Origin: the human T2T-CHM13v2.0 reference genome, Homo sapiens
NCBI RefSeq assembly: GCF_009914755.1
Contig: NC_060928.1
DNA length: 64,000 nucleotides
Reading direction: 5' to 3' (one strand)
Shown: one piece after another, positions 50,626 to 64,000 of the stretch
Layout of the letters: each line of letters begins with the position of its first letter
Numbering within the stretch: the first letter of the stretch is position 1
Position numbers and translations under genes: made by a program
Notes under the pieces: generated by a model
Told to the model about the DNA's origin: nothing
What the model saw: the letters and a program-made list of their open reading frames with translations, nothing else
Database searches by the model: none

Positions 50626-53426
50626 CTCTGGATTGGCCCAAGACCACTTCTTCTTCACCCTTGAACACACAACAGACACAGGCACACACAGACTCAGCAC
50701 AGGCTTGAATACCATCGGGATGAGGTAATGTCATGGGTTGAGGGGGCGTTCCCCACCCCTCACCTCCCACATGAGAGGCAGAGGCCAAGGTTTGGTTTCT
50801 GGCTGTGACCCTGGGCTGCTTTCCCACTGGGTCTCTGCTTCATTATCTGTAGAGGGAGGACTTGGACTTGGCAGGGGTTCCTGGACAATTCTCAGCCAAA
50901 GAAACCCGTCCCCTTCCCCAGGCTGCAGGAGCCGCATTTAGGGGTGTTCTCCCGCTCTGCACACACACCCTTGAGGGTCTACTCCATTCACCTTGCAAGG
51001 CAAGCTGTCCCCTACAGCCCCGGAAAGGGTGGCACTCTATCCCAGCAGACCCTAGGCCGTGGCTGCAGCAGTCGGACCGGCTCAAGCATCTGCCCCGGGG
51101 AAGCAGCCTAAAGCAAGAGAATCACCCACATGGGAATCCGGACCCAGGTGTGGAGGACACTGGGCTGACAGTGTGCACAGGGCCATGCACCCACCAGCAA
51201 GGGACACAGCACTCGGTCCCAGAGGTGGCCTCTGTTGTGGCCCCAGCCTGCAGAATGATCTCAGGCAGCCACCCGGATGGAGGGTTTGGTGGAACTCCTG
51301 GGCCACATACCTCAGAGAACACAGCAAAGAGTCAGCACCCAGTAAGGTGCAGAGAACTTTCCACCCCGATGCCCACACAGGGTTCCTGCCATCAACGGGA
51401 GTCAGGTGGACACAGGGCTTCTCTTGGGAACAGAATTCCCGTCCAGAAGCTTCCTCTTCTGTTGCTTTGGCCTGGGCCCTGGCTCCCAGTTCTGTCCTAT
51501 GTCCCCGCATCTCTGGCTGTTCTTCAGTGCCCTGGTTGCTTCCCCTTCACCCTCCTAAATGTTGGAGTTCCGGAAGGCTCTGAGCCCCTCTTGTTCTTAT
51601 CCTCCTGGCTAGCTTCGTCTCCAGCAAGCCCTCACACGCACCTCGGTGCCAAGGCTTGCAAACCTCAGCCTGTCCTGGCCTCGCTCCCAAGCTATGGGAC
51701 AGAGCATCTCCCCCGAGGCTCCCAAGCCTGTGGTGCCCTCTGCAGTCCCCGCACCCGTCCACACCTGCTCTCTCCTGCTCCCCCTCCAGCCTCTGAGCCT
51801 CTGAGGTTGGTGGGCATCTTGGTGGTGGCTGCTGGGAGGGTCTCAGGGCGGGGCAGGGGCTGCATCAGGGGTCTGCACTGCATGGAATGGACATGGCATG
51901 GTGTAAGCCCCTCAGCCTGAGATTCAGCACCATTTCCATGCTGCTCATGTCCCCACCTCCTCGGCTTTCCCCATGGCCCACCTAAGTCTCCTGCGCTCCT
52001 GCAGGGCTGAGCAATGGCCCCCATTCACTAAGGCAGGGAATCCCCTCTGCCCGTGCCTGCTCCCTTCCCCGCCAGGTACCCGCACCAGCTTTACTGCCTT
52101 CCCTCTTCCTCCCGGGCCTGCGCTGCTGCCCTCCTCCCCTGGAGCTGTGCCAGCTCCAGCTTTTCAGCCAGCAGCTCCTGCCCCGCCCCACTCATTGTGT
52201 CCAGACCTGGGCTCCATGCTGACCCCCAGCGTGTACGGAGCTCCTGCCATTCCTTGGGTGTGGACCTGTGCCGAGTCTGTAGTGTGCACAGGTCCTGCCA
52301 ATCCTTGGGTGTGGACCTGCGCCAAGTCTGTATCCACCTGCAATAGCTCATCTCTTCCACCCGGGAGGAAGTTCCCTTCATCCTCCCTGTGGGGAAGAGG
52401 GCACTGAAGCTTGGCAGAGCTCTTCCTGGGGTCTCAAGGGTCTGCTCCAAACCCTTGCTCTTGCCCCTGTCACAACCCAGGCACCCTGGCTGCACCTGCA
52501 AACTGCACTCCATGGTGGCAGCCCTGCCCTGCCAGTGCCAGCCCCGTCTGCCTCACCACCCCAGTCCCTGAGCTCCCTGGGGCTGAACGCCACTTCTCTG
52601 GATTCTAAATAGGCCCCCGCAGGGTACCTGTTGCTGTATCTACCGCTTCCCCCAGCCTCCTGGTCTGGGTCCTGCTGATTCTGGTCATTACTCACCTTCT
52701 GCTCTACCCACCCTCCCCTGCATGCTGCCCCCAGCCGCAGAGGAATGCCCCCTCCATGTCCCACTCCCTCCACCAACAACAGCTGATCTGTCCTTTCTCC
52801 TGGCTGCGTGACCTCTCAGGAAGAGGCGGTGCTACACTGAGGGCCCTGGCAGCCTCTCTAGGTCCCTGTCCCTCACCTTTCAAAGGAGAGATAGGACAGA
52901 GGTGGCAGAAACTGGCTGGAGCAGGCTTCTGTCCGGGTGCTGCTCCGGCTGTGACTCCTCACCCCTCAGAGCTGCATCTTCCATCTGCGAACAGGAGGCT
53001 GCAGCCCCTGAGGAGGTGGCATCTCTGCCTGTGGGAAGTCAGGTGCACTGAGGCCAGATGCAGGGAGGGTGCTCCAGGCTCAAGGGTGCAGGAGGAGCCT
53101 CCTGCCCTGGGAGGCCAGCACTCAGCCCCAGCTCTGCCACCTTGACCTCCCAGCACCTCTGCAGCCCGGGCATCCTAGTCTGCAAGACGTGGTAGGGTGG
53201 ATGGAGATCCCCAGGGTTCCTCCGTGGCCCTGGACAGGCAGCCGGTGTGGGGGGCATGAGTCACGCCCTGTGGGGGAAGGGGAGCAGCAAATGTGCCTGC
53301 CCTCCGCTGCACTAGCTGCACTGTTTCATGCCCATGCAACCCTAAGAGATGGGAGTCCTCACTGTCACCCTCTCATTCAGATGAGGAAGCAGAGACAGAG
53401 AGGCTGAGACACTTGCTCAAGGCCAC

Positions 53427-53785
53427 TGATATGGTTGGGCTCTGTGTCCCCACCCAAATGTCATCTTGAATTGTAATCTGCAGGTGTTGAGGGAAGAACC
53501 TGGTGGGAGGTGATTGGATCACAGGGGCGGTTTCCCCCATGCTGTTCTGGTGATAGTGAGGGAGTTCTCATGAGGTTTGATGGTTTTGTAAGGGGCTCTT
53601 CCTCCTTCTTGCACTTCTGTCTCCTGCCACCATGTGAGATGTGCCTGCTTCCCCTTCCACCATGATTGTAAGTTTCCTGAGGACTCCCCAACCATGTGGA
53701 ACTGTGAGTCAAGTAAACATCTTTGCTTTATAAATTATCCAGCCTTGGGTATTTCTTCACAGCAGTGTGAAAATGGACGAATACA
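53427..53785 (+). mobile_element. THE1/MST MaLR solo LTR inserted in a MIR
   Basis: TGATATGGTTGGGCTCTGTGTCCCCACCCAAAT start, GGACGAATACA end. Confidence 0.9.
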
Positions 53786-55616
53786 CACAGCAAATCACAG
53801 CACCATAGTTGGGGACGAGGGCTGTGTGGCCCTGAGTATGTGCTCCTGATGAGGACATGGGACACCAGCTAGAGAAGGGGCACTCCCTGCTCTCATGGGG
53901 ACATTCACAAGGAGACCTGGTGCTCAGTGCAATGTCTGGGGACCTCCTTGAGACCAGGGCACGTGGGTGTCACAAGCTGCTGAGGGGCTGTGCCCTGCTG
54001 ACACTGCTGAGGGCGCTTGGAGTGCAGAAATATTTTCAACAGAAGTGGAGCAGAAGGGATTTCTCCTAAACCCTCTGTTACCCAGAAAACGGCATGGACT
54101 GGAATTCCGCATTTCTTTAACAGTCTGTTTAGCCAGATCCTGACTCCACCAAAAACAAAGAAGCCCTCAGCCGCCTGCTGGGGTGGGAGGTAGTGACTGT
54201 CCTTCCAGCCCGGGCACCACTCCATGCTCAGTGCTGATTTGGCCTCACTTAACCTTTGGTGCTGGGCTCTGCCACATTCCAGGGTCCCTGTGTGACCTGG
54301 GCAGCCCCTTCCCCGCTCAGCCTGGGGTCCTCTTGGGCTGGGAGGTGATGGCTCTGCCCCAGGGGGAGCGGGCCAAGTGCTACGTGTGCACTTCTCTGTG
54401 GAATTCTCACCTCCTGGGCCAGCCCCTGGGCGGAAGGAGGCTGCTGGCCCCGCGTGGCCTGCCCTGTTGGAGGCTCCGCCAGAGCCCACGTCTGCAGTGC
54501 TTGGAGCCATTTCTTGGCACAAATATAAAAACAACTCCAGCTCTGCCGTGCTCCAAGTGAGAAATGCTGCTTGGTGAGCTGGGCTGGCTGGGCTGCTGGC
54601 CCTCGGTCAGCCGCCTGCAACAGGCAGGGCCACGGGAACCTCATCAGCAGAGCTTCCTGGAGGCAGCGTGGGTGGAATTGTGGAATTGTCATCAGACAGG
54701 CCTGGGATGGAGCTTCCCCACTGGAACGCAGCTGGCTGTGGACAGGGAGTCAGCTGCTGCCTGAAGGGACAAGGAGGCCTGCGACCACAGCAGGTTCCCA
54801 CCTGGCCTGGGCCTGGAGGCCAGCAGGCACCTTTCAGGGCTTCCCAGCTCAGCCCCCACAGCTGGATGGAGCTGTGTTCCCTGCAGAAGTGTGGCTGGCT
54901 CCGAGCAGGCACTGGGGGCTCTTTCCCTCCACCTCAGCCCTGGCCTATGTGGGCACAGCAGAGGACGTGCTCACACCATGGGGGCCCCCGACCAGGCGAG
55001 GCCAGGGCGTGTCCACATTGGGGAAGTGAACGAAGAAGGACAAGTCTATTTGAGGGGCTGGCTGATAGTTTAGAAGCCCAGAATCGCCTGGCAGTGAATT
55101 ATTCTGCTGAGTAACACTGTACCCAGAGGGATGTGGCTGAAAACCCCGGGAGGGAAGGCTGCGTGCGGGAAGCACTCCCATCCTCCCCCAGCGCCTGCTC
55201 TGGGCGTTCCGGAGCTCAGCGTGCATCCTTGCCTGTGGGTTCTGGGACCATCCTGCCATCTGCCTCCCCTTTCTTTCCCCTTTCCCCTCCTTTCCTTTCT
55301 CCTCTTTCTCCTTCTTTCTGTTTTCTTCTTTCCTGGCTGAAGCCAGAATTCATTTCTGTTACTTGCATCCAAAAAGTGTTCAAACAAGCATGCTTGCTGG
55401 GATCCTGGGTCCTGCCCCTGGTCACCTGGAGGCAGGGCTGTCGCTCCATGTACAGACAGGAGTCCAGGAAAAACTTGAGGAGACACAGCGTGTTCCGGCC
55501 CCCGCTCCTTCACCCCTGCCCCGTCCCCCAGTGACAGATCCGGCAGCAGGCAGAGCCTTGAGCCCAGAAAGCCCAGGCCCCCTGGGAAGCTTAGGTGTGG
55601 CCTCACATCTGGCAGT

Positions 55617-56183
<567 letters not shown>

Positions 56184-57809
56184 TGACCCCCAGCCAGGCC
56201 TGGCCACCTCGTCCCCTCTGCTGGGCTGCGGAGTTGAACCTGATGTCTGCTCAGAGTCACCTCTGAGTGGTGCAGACATTCGGAAGTGTCCGTGGGACTG
56301 GATGGAAGGGACCCCATCCTCAGCCTTCATGGCCGGGGTCTGGCTGACCGACTGTGGCCATGGGGTTGCGGCGCCTTGGGCGGCAGATCCCCCATGAGTG
56401 TGAGGTGCTGGCTTCTGCACCTCCCATGAGCCCACAGACACACAAACACAACCCCGTGTTTGCTGATACATCCCAAGGCTTTGGTCTGTTGGGTTTGGGG
56501 TGAGACCCTTCCCTTCCTTTACAGATGCTCACCTGTGAAGAGGGAGAACGTCGCTGTCCGAGCAAATGTCTCTTCTGTGTCCTTGGCTGCCTTCCTCCTC
56601 CTCCTCCCGCCGCCTACTTTGGGGCCCCTTCCTCTTCTCAGCAGTGCCACTGACCAGCCCAGCCTCATGCACCATCCCGGCCGTTGCCCTGGAGGGCTGG
56701 CAGCTGGCAGGACTCAGAGAGGGCCCAGCCATCACCCCTCTCTTGAGCAGATGACAGAGTAACACTGGGAGTTACTATGGACACTGGAAAAGAGAACACA
56801 GATGCGTCGGAGATTTTGTAGTTGCAACTCTTCTCTGGTAACCAAAAAACATCAGGACATTCATTGCAAGTGCAACGCTGAGGCTTTGAAGGAACCAAAG
56901 AGATCCTTTGCAGCCCTGAGGACGGAGGGAGGGAGGGAAAAGGGAGTGGGGAGGGAGGGAGGGAGGGAGTCCACTGCAGAAAGTGGCACTGATCCCTCTG
57001 AGCCTCTCCGGCCTCATGTGTAAGATGCCAGCTGCCCCGGAGTGGCAGTGGCGAGTGAGTGGCTGTGTAAGGTGCCCAGGCAGGAGCTTGCGGGCAGCCC
57101 TGTGTGAAGTGGGCAGCCTTGGGCCGGGTTCCCTAGAAGCAGAGCTGAGATGGGGATTCTTGTTCATGCGATTGGAGGTGCTTCCTAAGAAGTTGCTCCC
57201 TGCCCCAACTCCGAGCCAGGGCGGCACTGACCATGGGCAACTTTCCCTTGCAGGGGGCACTCCCAGCTGCCGGGGAGGGGCAGTGGCCCTGAAGGGGCCT
57301 GGTCAGGACCAACAGTTTTCTTGGCAGTGGTGTGTTTGTCCCCATTTCGCAGATGAGGAAACTGAGGCTTGGAAAGACCCAGGTCCTTGCCCAGGCCCCA
57401 CACCACACCCAGGAGGGGCGGCGCTGGAGTCCTGCGCCACGTCGCTGTTCTCACCAGGAGGAGGCCCTTGTTTGCTGCGTCCAGCGACCCCATCTCCATG
57501 CTGCAGGCAGGAGGACACAGCCGGGGGTGAGCCATGAGCGAGGCCTCACGGGGAAGCGAGAGCAGCGGTGTTGCCATCTGGATGTCAGACGCGCTCACTT
57601 GCTTCTGCCGCACACGGGACTCTGAGCCAGGCCTTAAGGTTTTGGCTCCCTGGGTGTGGCACCCAAGGGGGTGGCCAGGTGGGGTGGAGTGTGAGTTTGA
57701 GTGATTTGGCATCCCCGTGGAGATGATAGGGAGAATGAGTACCTGTGTCTGCAGCTGCAGAGCGAGATCCGGGCTGGACGTAGACATGGGGAGCCACACA
57801 GTGGAGGTG

Positions 57810-58303
57810 GCCTGCTTCTGTTTGCAGCTACAACAAATCACCAGGACCTCAGCAGTGGGAATGTCCAGACACGTGATCGGTTCTCACTGGACTTGGTTAT
57901 CCAGGTCCTGTGGGCTGAAGTCTAGGCGTCGGCAGGGCTGGGTCCTCCTGGAGACTCCAGGGGAGAATCCGTTCCCTGCCTTTTCCAGCTCCTGGAAGCC
58001 TCTCGCGTTCCTGGGCTAGGGAACCTTCCTCCATCTCAGAGCCGGCCATGGGGTGTCCCCTGACCTTCCGCAGCCATGTCCCCCTTCGATGGAGCTCTGC
58101 TTCTGGCCCTCCCTCCACACTGAAGGCCCCTGTGATCACATGGCCCACCCGCCAATCCAGGTGGCCTCCCTCCAAGGTCAGCCGGTGAGCTGCCTTCATG
58201 CCTGCATGGTGTCTCTGACCCTTGGCCACGCAACCTAACATAGTCACAGGTCCTGGAGATTTGCACTGGGATATCTTGGGTGAGGGGAATTATTCTGCTG
58301 ACC
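57810..58303 (-). mobile_element. MLT1 (MLT1D-like) MaLR LTR
   Basis: GGGGAGAATCCGTTCCCTGCCTTTTCCAGCTCCTGGAAGCC; TAACATAGTCACAGGTCCTGGAGATT. Confidence 0.75.
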
Positions 58304-59227
58304 CCCGATGGCAACTGCAGTGGTGGGAGGGGAAGAGAACACCAGGATGTGTTCAGAGAGAGAGGCGTGGACCTCAGGGGGTGTCAGGGGAAGAGGGCCC
58401 GGGAGGGAGAAAGCATTTGGTTTAGACGTGTTGGGTGTGAGGTGCCCATGGAATAGCAGGGTGGAGCTGGTGGGGGAAGCTGGGGGGCTGCCCTGGGGCT
58501 CTAGCACATGGAGGCCAAGGAGGGAGTCATGGGGTGGAGGGGGCACAGGGCTCCCCAAGGTCCTGGGTCTGCCTCAGGGCCGCTGCTACTCCACACCCCT
58601 CCTCCCATGCCTGAGCACCCATGGCAGTGACCAGCAGTGACCATCATCACCCAATGAGGATGGAGAGAAACTGAGGCTGGCCTGAGATGTCCTGAGGAAT
58701 GAGCTGGCACCGGAGTCCCACAGGTGAAGGGTGAGCATGGATGGGCCGGGAGCATGCTCCCTGTAATTGTGCATGGCGCAGAAGGTCAGGAACGGCCTGG
58801 TGGCCCCGTGGGAGACTGGTTACTCCAATCTGGTCCAGCAGAACCCCAGGCAGCCTCGTGGCAGCGTGGGGGAAGTGTCTATGCTTAGCGATGTGGCAGA
58901 TGCCCGGAGTGCCGTGAGCTTTAATAACAGTGAGTTACAGAAGTATGTGAGCCCGTTCCTGAAAACACACACAGTCTGAAAAACGTCCAGAGGGACAGGC
59001 CTGAAAATGTTAAGAGCACTGCAATCCTGGGGGTTGGTTGTGGAGGTGCTTCCCTTCTCCGTGGTGGTCTGCACTTGCAGTTTCACTGACTGGGAGTCAG
59101 AATAATGTCCCCCCTCCCCCACAAAATGCCCACCTCTTAATCTCTAAAACCTGTACTTAGGACCTTACATGGAACGGAGACTTTGCAGAAGTGATTTTGG
59201 ATCTGAGATGGGGAGGTTATCCTGGCT

Positions 59228-60649
<1,422 letters not shown>

Positions 60650-60650
<1 letters not shown>

Positions 60651-60875
60651 TTTATTTGAGACAGAGTGTCACTCTCTCGCCCGGGCTGGAGTGCAGTGCC
60701 ACAATCTCAGCTCACTGCAACCTCCGCCTCCTGGGTTCAACCAATTCTTCTGTGTCAGACTGTAATCTCAGTAGCTGGGATTACAGGTGCCCGCCACCAC
60801 ACCCAGATAATTTTTGCATTTTAGAGACAGGGTTTTACCATGTTGGTCAGGCTGGTCTTGAACTCCTGACTTCAG
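60650..60875 (-). mobile_element. Truncated Alu
   Basis: Reverse Alu lacking its 5' ~60 nt, abutting THE1. Confidence 0.85.
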
Positions 60876-61219
60876 GATAAAGAAATACCTGAGACTGGGC
60901 AATTTACAAAACAAAGAGGTTTATTGGACTTACAGTTCCACATGGCTATGGAGACCTCACAATCATGGCAGAAGGCAAGGAAGAGCAAGTCACATCTTAC
61001 ATGGCTGGCAGCAGGCAAAAAGAGAGCTTGTGTGGAGAAACTCCCATTTTTTAGAACCATCAGATCTCATGAACTCGTTCACTATCACGAGAACAGCACA
61101 GGAAAGACTGGCCCCCATAATTCAATCACCTCCCACTGGGATCCTCCCACGACATATGGGAAATGTGGGAGTTACAAATCAAGGTGAGATTTGGATGAGG
61201 ACACAGCCAAACCATATCA
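60876..61219 (-). mobile_element. THE1 (THE1C-like) LTR
   Basis: Ends GGACACAGCCAAACCATATCA; typical THE1 body. Confidence 0.9.
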
Positions 61220-61960
61220 ACCAGGAAACATAAAGTCTAATCATAAAGGTGAAAATGGATAAGTCAGACCATAATAGAATGAAAAATGTCAGCTCATCAA
61301 AAGCCACCATGGAGAATGAACAGATGTCAAAGAGCAGGAGAAGATTTTAACAGTACATAGACCTGACAAAGAATTGGAACCTAGAATATATCAAGAATCA
61401 CTACAATTCAATAAGAAAACAGTAGATCAAACATAAAAATGGATAAAGGTTTTTAAAAAGACACATCACAAAAGAGCATATTCAGATCATCAATAAACAT
61501 GGAAAGGTGTCTCATCTTGATCAGCCATCAGGGAAATGAGGATTGAGACCACAATGCCAGATCACTACACACCCACCAGGGTGACCAAAACCCTCCCGGC
61601 AGATACCTGCAAGTGCTGTGTGGAGCAGCCAGAACTCTTGGGTGGGGCTGGTGGGAAAGGATTGGTTCAATGCTTTGAACCACTTGGTTTGAACCCAAAC
61701 CATCTAGCAGCATCAGCCACGCTGTGCCCAGGCATTCCCACTCCTGGCGAAACCCCCAACTGAAACATACACATATGTGCACCAAAGCACAGGTCCAGCC
61801 TACTGGAAGCCACCATGCACCCGTCCATAGGGAGTGGAGGCACTACACGTGTTCCACACGTGCAACAGAAGCTTAGGTGAGCAGGGAAGAGCCAGCTCTG
61901 CACAGGGCACCTGGCACATATCACTGCCAACAAGCCAAGCAGACTATGCACCCACAGGAC
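61220..61960 (+). mobile_element. Old L1M ORF2 3' fragment
   Basis: CTGACAAAG..CCTAGAATATATCAAGAA..CTACAATTCAATAAGAAAA; CATCAGGGAAATG..ACCACAATG. Confidence 0.75.
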
Positions 61961-61977
61961 GAGGCCTGGGCTCTGAT

Positions 61978-62297
61978 CTTTTTTTTTTTTTTTTTTTTGA
62001 GACAAAGTCTCGTTCTTTTGCTCAGGCTGGAGTGCAGTGGTGTGATCTCGGCTCACTGCACCCTCTGCCTTCCCATATTCGAGCCCAGTGGTGCGATCTT
62101 GGCTCACTGCAACCTCAGCCTCCTGAGTAGCTGGGATCACAGGCGCCCGCCACCATGCCCAGCTCATTTTTGTATTTTTTTTAGTAGAGATGGGGTTTCA
62201 CCATGTTGGCCAGGCTGGTCTCACACTCCTGACCTCAGGTGATCCGCCCGCCTCAGCCTCCCTATGTGCTGGGATGACAGATGTGAGCCACTGCGTG
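61978..62297 (-). mobile_element. Alu with an internal partial duplication
   Basis: CAGTGGTG(T/C)GATCT(C/T)GGCTCACTGCA occurs twice in the right arm. Confidence 0.88.
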
Positions 62298-62575
62298 CAC
62301 TACCTTTTACTCAACGCTCCAGCCAGGCGAAAGCATTTGTGGGGATGGAGGGTGAAACGGTGGCTGCCCTCATCCTTTGAGGCAGTAGCAGGGGACCTCA
62401 GAGTGAGGTCATGTTCTACAGTTTCTGATCTGGGACCCAGTTGGGGGGCAGCGCTACATGGATGTGTCCACTTGATAAGAATTCACTGAGTTGAACGGTT
62501 TTGATACTTTCTCTAAAAATGTTGTACTTAACACAGTTACCTGCAAAGGCCCCCAAGCTCAGGCCCACATAGTAA

Positions 62576-63034
<459 letters not shown>

Positions 63035-63788
63035 TAGGCTCAGAGGAAATGGTCATGGAGGATTCGGGCTGACCACTGGGAACTCACGGTCCAGCGAAGG
63101 GCAGCGGTGAACAGCTGTCCTGGCTTTGCCCCTGCGGCAGGCCCATAGAATGACGAGAGCAGTTGGCATCCACAGCATTTCCTGAGCAGATGCTGCCCTT
63201 GCTCCCAAGCTGCTCCCAGCCTAACAGAGACAGAGGAACAGCAAGTGTCACCAGGGGCAGGGCCAGGGCTGTGGGAGCCCAGAGGAGTGCCTTACCCAAC
63301 CTGAGTCGGGTGAGTCAGGAAAGGCTTTCAGGGGGATATGACCCCTGGGATGGCCTGAGGGCCATGCAGGAGGCGGGGCAGGGAGCAGAGGCTGGGCTAG
63401 GGGTTGGGGTGCTCCTGACCAAGGAGCAGGCTGGTCCCTCTGCCCAAATATTGTTCCCCAGGCACTGACACAGTTCACTCCCAGTGCCCTCAGCCTCCGC
63501 TCAAACGTTCCCTCCCCAGTGCGGGGTGACATGGGGCTGGTTCAGGGCTGTGCCCACTTGGTGAAAGTCCATCAAGCTGTCCTCTGATGACATCTGTACT
63601 TCTTCATGTCTGTTATAGTCCAATAAGAAGTGGGAAGTGCCTGAAAATATTGGAAGAGCTCGCCAGGCTTTCCACGCCTCTCTGTGACACCCTCCTTTGA
63701 GCGCCTGCATTCCTGGGAGTGAGATGGTTGTCCGTGGTCTCTCCCCCACGACAAGATGGAAGTTCTGCCCAGCTGTACGCTGGGGGTC

Positions 63789-64000
63789 TGAAACCGTCCC
63801 TGTAAACTTCATAAAATTAACCAGGGAAGAATAGAGGGGGGAAAACAAAAATGAACTCAGTGCGGCGCCCTCTGTGCTCGTCCCTGGGTGGCCACGCTCC
63901 AACCCACCACCTTGTGCCCATCTGCTGCTATGGCCCCAGAGTCACGCAGGCCCGGCCACAAGAGCATCGCCCCCTCGACTGCTCTGCAGACGACAGCCTG
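63789..64000 (+). mobile_element. Start of an ERV1-class LTR (family uncertain), cut by the window end
   Basis: TGAAACCGTCCCTGTAAACTTCATAAAATTAACCAGGGAAG resembles recalled MER4-group LTR starts. Confidence 0.5.

Noticed and set aside
50862-51920. 352-aa ORF on the + strand
   Set aside because: Non-ATG start, Pro/Gly/Ser-rich composition typical of GC-rich non-coding DNA, no recognisable domain or exon structure, and many similar overlapping ORFs on both strands

Overview
Primate (almost certainly human) GC-rich genomic DNA. Bases 1-24.3 kb hold the last seven coding exons and 3' UTR of TRMT44 (tRNA U44 2'-O-methyltransferase) on the + strand, recognised from the spliced translation (DLGCGNG SAM motif, GNHSDELTPW, PCCFF, RIPSTK, C-terminal CCCH finger). 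One intron carries a full-length Tigger2 and another carries a non-Alu ~255-bp inverted repeat. From 27.1 to 42.7 kb a single Tigger3/GOLEM DNA transposon is stretched to ~15.6 kb by nested insertions: AluJ>MER50>MER4E, a two-LTR HERV-H provirus, LTR8-like>Alu+LTR12C, LTR8-like>MER4, and further MER4 LTRs. Downstream lie a MER51-type LTR with a 5x32-bp octamer/CCAAT array, an LTR15-like element, a ~2-kb block that appears homologous to the rDNA intergenic spacer (recalled similarity, unverified), MaLR LTRs, a Ricksha (MULE) remnant, L1 pieces and many Alus. I found no new protein-coding gene or novel multi-gene system. The best leads are non-coding and structural. Repeat subfamily names come from memory of consensus sequences and need Dfam/RepeatMasker confirmation.
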